Assembly: GCA_036338595.1 (NCBI GenBank)
Contig: JAYZBV010000094.1
Location: 1-10,926, forward strand
DNA from: Planctomycetota bacterium
Lineage (GTDB): Bacteria; Planctomycetota; UBA8108; UBA1146
Direction of reading: 5' to 3'
DNA: 10,926 nt
The position numbers were made by a program, and so were the translations under genes. How positions within the stretch are numbered: position 1 is the stretch's first letter; the number at the start of each line of letters is the position of its first letter. The notes beneath the pieces were generated by a model. It was not told the DNA's origin, did not search any database, and saw only the letters and a program-made list of their open reading frames with translations. Below are positions 6,567-10,926 of the stretch, in pieces.

Positions 6567-7496
6567 TCAAGGTTGGCTGGCTGGCTTCTTCTGACTCCTG
6601 GCGAGACGCCACTCCTTGAAACAGTCGCGGCTGTCGAAGAAGAGCCACTCTCCCTCACGGGTTCGCGCCCGCGCTGCGGAGGCTTCTCGCTCGACCTGAT
6701 TTCCACAAACAGGGCAGTTCACGAAGGAGGACTCTTCAACCTTTTCGCATCCTTCAGGGATCTCGAACAAGGATGCTGGCACCGAGCGGCGATCCCATTG
6801 CTTCACCTTGAACGACAGAGGATGCGAGAGAGTTGCTGTCACGACGTGAATGACTCCCTCGAGTGGCAAGCCCTCAATCTGCTCCAGCGCCTTCTGTACC
6901 TCGACACCGAACGCACCGCTGGCTCTGTGGAAGCTCGCCACGGGAAAAGGTGTTTCGATTTCCGAAACCCACAGATCCACAATCAGCCGATCATTTTCCC
7001 AGATCCGTAGCTGGCGAACCGGCATGCCGAGCCTTTCCTGGACCTCATCAGAACGCTCGACGCGGATTTCTCGAATCAACTCGCCCGAATCAGAGAGTCG
7101 GATATGACTGGCACGGAGAAGTTCCAGGCGCTCCTTTTTTGGAAGATCACGACTGCGTTCGACCAGTTGCTGCTCCTGAACCTGGCGATCCTTCTGGATC
7201 CTGCCCAGATCCGAACTCTCACGGTAGGCACTGCCATCCGCAGATATCTCCCTCAGAACTGGTTGGGGCGCATCGAGGCGCAGGATGCTGACCACCCCAC
7301 GGTTTCGGTCCTCCAGCAGCAGCCGATCTCTGGCGAGAACCATCTGTTGAAGTTCCACCTCGTCATCGGGTCGGCCGGGTCTACCGGAGATTTCCTGCAA
7401 GATGATCATCGCTTCGAGCGTCTCCCCGCCCGGATTCGGGTCGACGGGATCCTGGGAAAAGAAGACCAGCAGTAGCGGCAGCAGCAACAGGCTCAT
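6567..7496 (-). CDS. Putative exported DUF4412-like protein with C-terminal YHS/TRASH-like Cys domain, 309 aa
   Basis: ATG at 7496 overlaps the upstream TGA (TGATG); AAGGAGGA SD. Leader MSLLLLPLLLVFFSQD. DUF4412-like pattern (ERLG.PV...DLWVSE...GLPLE...PASLFEIPEG). Tail CPVCGNQV-x-EGEWLFFDSRDCF. Family assignments are by eye. Confidence 0.7.
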   Translation of the reverse strand: MSLLLLPLLLVFFSQDPVDPNPGGETLEAMIILQEISGRPGRPDDEVELQQMVLARDRLLLEDRNRGVVSILRLDAPQPVLREISADGSAYRESSDLGRIQKDRQVQEQQLVERSRDLPKKERLELLRASHIRLSDSGELIREIRVERSDEVQERLGMPVRQLRIWENDRLIVDLWVSEIETPFPVASFHRASGAFGVEVQKALEQIEGLPLEGVIHVVTATLSHPLSFKVKQWDRRSVPASLFEIPEGCEKVEESSFVNCPVCGNQVEREASAARARTREGEWLFFDSRDCFKEWRLARSQKKPASQP

Positions 7497-8626
7497 CAGG
7501 AGTCCTCCTTGGCAAGGGTGCACCAGCTGGAATCTGTCGGCCCCATTTCGACGCCGTGTCCGAACCGCAACTCATCGAAGCCAACGGATCCGCCTTCGAA
7601 TTCGATCCCACCGATGAATGGATGGTCACGGATGAACAGGGGCGTGTCGAGGTCGACCCAGCGAAAGCCTCCCAATCCTCGAGCCAGATGAGCCGAAAAG
7701 GACATGGAGAGGACCGATTCGACCATACCACCGATCATCAGGGACAGTTGCGCACTGGTGGCGACCTGGTGAATCCGGATCGATTCCAGGTAACCACTCT
7801 TCTGGGTCTTGATGTTGATGGTATCGGCGAGTTGATTCTCGGCGATTCGCATCGCGTCAGCAGCGCTCCGGCACGATTCATCGGCGCAGATGGGCACCAG
7901 TTTCAATGCCGTCAACATCGCCATCGACTCCTCGTCTTCAGGAGGGACAGGCTGCTCGAGTAACACCACCGGTATCTGATGCGCCCGGGCAAACAGGATC
8001 AACTGGTGAGCTTCTTCCCCGGTGAATCCTCCATTGGCGTCGAGTAACAGTTCGCAATCCGGGGCCGCACCGGTGATCACCGACAGTCGTTGCTGGTCCA
8101 GATCGAGTCCGTCTCGCCCCACCTTGACCTTGAGTGTTCTGAAGCCTGCATCCCGTGCTTGCCGGGCGGAGTGAGCAGCGTGATCGAGATCTCCAGCGAC
8201 GATGGTCAGATCAGAGACCAGCCGGGCATCGGCTGCACCGGAGCACCTCCACAGAGGCACCTGTTCCGCTCGTGACAGGGCATCCAGTGCGGCCATCTCG
8301 AGTGCCACCAGGGCACTGGCAGAACCTGGTGCGGCATCTCTGGCGCTCTGGTGAATCTGGTGCGAGAGCAGCGGGTCAAGTCCGATCAAGGCGGGCGCGG
8401 CCGTGGCAAGAGCCTCGAGCACCGATTCCCTGGTCTGGCCGTCGTACGGCGGAAAGGGAGCCGCCTCCCCCAGGCCAGTCGTTCCGTCCGCCAGTTCGAT
8501 GCGAACCACTGCGATCTCGACGGATCGAGATTCTCCGCCGGAGATGCTGAATGGTTGATTCAGATCCAGTTCGAGAGGAAGCACCTCGATCGCTCGGATC
8601 GTTCGCTTCATTTGATTCTCATCCAT
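7496..8626 (-). CDS. Dipeptide epimerase (enolase superfamily, MLE subgroup, L-Ala-D/L-Glu epimerase-like)
   Basis: GLGEAAP, TLKVKVG (KxK), LDANGG, LLEQP, ADES, NIK (second Lys), GGMVES, DLDTP (DxD dipeptide-epimerase signature). The start could alternatively be the ATG at 8611. Confidence 0.9.
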   Translation of the reverse strand: MDENQMKRTIRAIEVLPLELDLNQPFSISGGESRSVEIAVVRIELADGTTGLGEAAPFPPYDGQTRESVLEALATAAPALIGLDPLLSHQIHQSARDAAPGSASALVALEMAALDALSRAEQVPLWRCSGAADARLVSDLTIVAGDLDHAAHSARQARDAGFRTLKVKVGRDGLDLDQQRLSVITGAAPDCELLLDANGGFTGEEAHQLILFARAHQIPVVLLEQPVPPEDEESMAMLTALKLVPICADESCRSAADAMRIAENQLADTINIKTQKSGYLESIRIHQVATSAQLSLMIGGMVESVLSMSFSAHLARGLGGFRWVDLDTPLFIRDHPFIGGIEFEGGSVGFDELRFGHGVEMGPTDSSWCTLAKEDS

Positions 8627-8629
8627 CTC

Positions 8630-9868
8630 TCAGTGAAGTTCCCAGGCACCATTCACCAGAAGGGCGACCTCTGCTCCCGACCGGGTCACTGCAGTCACAT
8701 CGACCTCTTCATTGCTGATCATCATGTCGGTATGTGCTGTTGAAGAATTCCATCCGATGGCCTTCAGTTCATCCTCTGACATCTCAACGCCACCAGCGAG
8801 GCACGTCTTGTAGGCATTGCCAACGGCAACGTGGCACGCAGCATTCTCATCGAGCAGGATCTCCTGAAAAACATGGCCACTCTGAAATACGGGAGAATCG
8901 ATACCCACCAGCGCCACTTCGCCGAGGCGACGGGCCCCTTCGTCGCTATCGATGTAGGACCGAAAGGTCTCCTCGCCACTGCTCGCCTCAAAATCCGCCA
9001 GCACACCGCCCTCGAACCGCATCGACAATCCCTCGATGAGTGTGCCGTTGACCAGGAATGGACGCGTCACCATCACGGTTCCCTCGGTCATCCTGTAATC
9101 GGGTGTGGTGAAGACCTCCTCGGTGGGAAGATTCGGAATGAACTCCTCATCACGCTGACTGAGCGCCCCACCGCCCTCGAATCGAGCGGCCTCGGAGAGG
9201 CCCACCGTCAGTTCCGTCCCGGGCCCGGTGAATACCAGACGCTCGATTCCGAGTTCGTTGAGCGCATCACTTCTGCGCTTGAGAAGCTGATTATGCTGAT
9301 CCCAGGCGTCCAGACAGTCCTCGCGGTCTGCGCGAACGATGGTGAGTAGTTGCCTCCACAGTTCATCGCGTGCGGCTTCTCCTTGAAGATCCTGAAAGAC
9401 AGTCTCGGCCCATCCAATGGTGGCAGCCGATGCAACACACCACTGAACAGCGGACCTACCGATGCCGTCCTCGTAAAAACGGCTCGCTGCCTTGTGGCTG
9501 GCAATCCGGCAACGATTGGTTCGATCGGCATCCAGTCCTTCCAGCGCAGAAGGCCTGCCACTACCGACCAGACGCAGCATCGCACCCTGCTCATCCACTG
9601 CCTCATCGAATCGAACCGGCACACTGCGAGGTACGTGATCGAGAAACTCTTCCCGTGAGTCCACGATCCTGGCCCGGTGAATTCGATCATCGACCAGGTC
9701 GACACTCACGAAACGTGCGCCGCGCTGATACGCGGCCTCGACGACCTGGATGGCAAAATCTCGAGACTCGGCATCTGCTGCCATGTATAACGATTGTCCT
9801 GGCTGGATGTTACAGCCCTTCTGGACGATCAACTGTGCATATCGTTCTAGCGCAACCTCATGACTCAT
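8630..9868 (-). CDS. Aminopeptidase, peptidase family M29 (AmpS/PepS/aminopeptidase T type), 412 aa
   Basis: GGGAGG SD. N-terminus LERYAQLIVQKGCNIQPGQ. Motifs PNLPTEEVFTTP, LGEVALV, LLDENAACHVAVGNAY, NSSTAHTDMM. Confidence 0.92.
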   Translation of the reverse strand: MSHEVALERYAQLIVQKGCNIQPGQSLYMAADAESRDFAIQVVEAAYQRGARFVSVDLVDDRIHRARIVDSREEFLDHVPRSVPVRFDEAVDEQGAMLRLVGSGRPSALEGLDADRTNRCRIASHKAASRFYEDGIGRSAVQWCVASAATIGWAETVFQDLQGEAARDELWRQLLTIVRADREDCLDAWDQHNQLLKRRSDALNELGIERLVFTGPGTELTVGLSEAARFEGGGALSQRDEEFIPNLPTEEVFTTPDYRMTEGTVMVTRPFLVNGTLIEGLSMRFEGGVLADFEASSGEETFRSYIDSDEGARRLGEVALVGIDSPVFQSGHVFQEILLDENAACHVAVGNAYKTCLAGGVEMSEDELKAIGWNSSTAHTDMMISNEEVDVTAVTRSGAEVALLVNGAWELH

Positions 9869-9958
9869 CGCAGACCTCCCGATCTCTGGTACAGGAAGGT
9901 ACCCGACAGAATCGCTGAGGGGGAGCGTACCGGGTCACTCCAGCAGGGTTATCGATGC

Positions 9959-9990
9959 AAAACAGCCGCGCAAGATTCCTTGCACGGCTG
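9959..9990 (-). terminator. Intrinsic terminator downstream of tRNA-Pro
   Basis: Minus strand CAGCCGTGCAAG-GAAT-CTTGCGCGGCTG-TTTT: 12-bp stem with one G.U pair, 4-nt loop and a short T tract, starting 7 nt after the tRNA CCA. Confidence 0.75.
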
Positions 9991-9997
9991 ATGTTAG

Positions 9998-10074
9998 TGG
10001 TCGGGGTGAGAGGATTCGAACCTCCGGCCTCCACGTCCCGAACGTGGCGCTCTACCAAACTGAGCCACACCCCG
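9998..10074 (-). tRNA. tRNA-Pro (anticodon CGG), 77 nt, CCA encoded
   Basis: CGGGGTGTGGCTCAGTTTGGTAGAGCGCCACGTTCGGGACGTGGAGGCCGGAGGTTCGAATCCTCTCACCCCGACCA. Acceptor CGGGGTG/CACCCCG, anticodon arm CCACG-TTCGGGA-CGTGG, T-loop TTCGAAT. Confidence 0.97.
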
Positions 10075-10129
10075 AATTTGTTCTGATCGTCGGCTTGCAA
10101 GGACGATGCGTCCGTCGCAGAGCGATGGA

Positions 10130-10158
10130 AGGATACCGGGTGGCCCCAATAGGGTCAA
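10130..10158 (-). promoter_or_regulatory. Sigma70 promoter of tRNA-Pro
   Basis: TTGACC (10158-10153), exactly 17 nt, TATCCT (10135-10130), about 55 nt upstream of the mature tRNA. Confidence 0.75.
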
Positions 10159-10186
10159 TCTGACGCCATCTCGAGCCCAGTCACTG

Positions 10187-10924
10187 CTAGGGATCACATC
10201 CCAGCCCGTTGGCAGCATCTGGATCGAGGCCCGCCTCCGGAAAGGGAGCCAGCGGCATCGGACCGTTCCTGAACAGGTAGGTGACGAGGTAGATCGGATC
10301 TGCAAGGTCGATCATGCCATCACCATTGACCTCTCCAGCCTCCAGACAATCGGGAGCCTCACCGCCTACAAAGAGGTAGTAGGCCAGATACATCGCATCC
10401 CCGATATCGAGTTGACTATCGCCGTTGACCACCCCGCGGATAAATCCGTAGGTGAACGCTCCAACCAAGGTCGCCTCGCCCAGCGAGTTCACGACCCGAA
10501 CATCGAAGTCTCCGATGCCGTTGAGAGCCACCGGCACCAGGCCCGTTGCCGTGTTGTCATCGAGGACCACCAGGTCGACCAGAATCTGTCCATCGATGGT
10601 CACTTCGGTATCCGTTGCGGCCATGAAGCCTGATCCCGAGACGGTGACCTCAGTACCACCGAGGTAATGTCCAGCAGTTGGAACCACTCCATCGGCTGTG
10701 ATCGGGATGATCTGGGTCTCGCAGATGGCACTGACCACCTCCGGGGCGCTGGTTGGATCAGGAAAAACAACGCCGAGTAGCGCATAGGTGTAAGTTCCTG
10801 GATCAAGTCCTGCATCGACATACTCGGTGATACCAGCATCCAGCATGGCGATCAGATCTCCATCACGATGCACCAGCACGTAATCAAAGGGTGTGCATTC
10901 ATTCCACATCAATATCGAGTCGGT
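10187..10924 (-). CDS. Secreted/surface protein, 3' part: Fn3-like + IPT/TIG + C-terminal dockerin-like (paired EF-hand-like loop) domain
   Basis: The frame stays open to the window edge (...TDSILMWNE), so the real start is upstream. Fn3-like VHRDG..EYVD..LDPGTYTY. IPT/TIG P.AG...GGTEVTVSGSGF...DVRVVN...AFTY (about 10446-10702). Tail FIRGVVNGDSQLDIGDA...CLEAGEVNGDGMIDLADPIYL..YLF..G..P. Confidence 0.8.
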   Translation of the reverse strand, partial: TDSILMWNECTPFDYVLVHRDGDLIAMLDAGITEYVDAGLDPGTYTYALLGVVFPDPTSAPEVVSAICETQIIPITADGVVPTAGHYLGGTEVTVSGSGFMAATDTEVTIDGQILVDLVVLDDNTATGLVPVALNGIGDFDVRVVNSLGEATLVGAFTYGFIRGVVNGDSQLDIGDAMYLAYYLFVGGEAPDCLEAGEVNGDGMIDLADPIYLVTYLFRNGPMPLAPFPEAGLDPDAANGLGCDP

Positions 10925-10926
10925 GA

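Noticed and set aside
9869..10074. tRNA-Pro as an integration site or island boundary
   Set aside because: No integrase, no duplicated tRNA 3' end noticed and no obvious compositional shift; the flanking genes are housekeeping-type.
9977..10103. 8-bp complementarity between the tRNA leader (10096-10103) and the terminator arm (9977-9984), suggesting antitermination into the aminopeptidase operon
   Set aside because: Too short to compete with the 12-bp local hairpin and compatible with chance.
9858..10305. ORFs 9858-10100 and 9994-10305 on the minus strand
   Set aside because: They run through the tRNA gene, its promoter or its terminator; spurious.

Overview
A GC-rich, gene-dense bacterial housekeeping/nutrient-scavenging region. 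The C-terminal 'FIRG..NGD' dockerin-like protein and the short Leu-rich signal peptides suggest Planctomycetota (inference). Left half, a nucleotide-salvage cluster: uridine phosphorylase (+); a translationally coupled minus-strand pair encoding a 934-aa fusion (signal peptide + UshA-type 5'-nucleotidase + complete NupC/CNT nucleoside transporter) and a trimeric-type purine nucleoside phosphorylase; and a divergent alpha-D-phosphohexomutase. Right half, a minus-strand peptide-recycling operon (M29 aminopeptidase, dipeptide epimerase, exported DUF4412-like protein with a YHS/TRASH-like tail), tRNA-Pro(CGG) with its own promoter and terminator, and the 3' part of an Fn3/IPT/dockerin-like surface protein. 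The most striking feature is the single-polypeptide 5'-nucleotidase-CNT fusion, a possible 'dephosphorylate-and-import' machine placed among genes for the downstream steps. No mobile elements or CRISPR arrays were seen.
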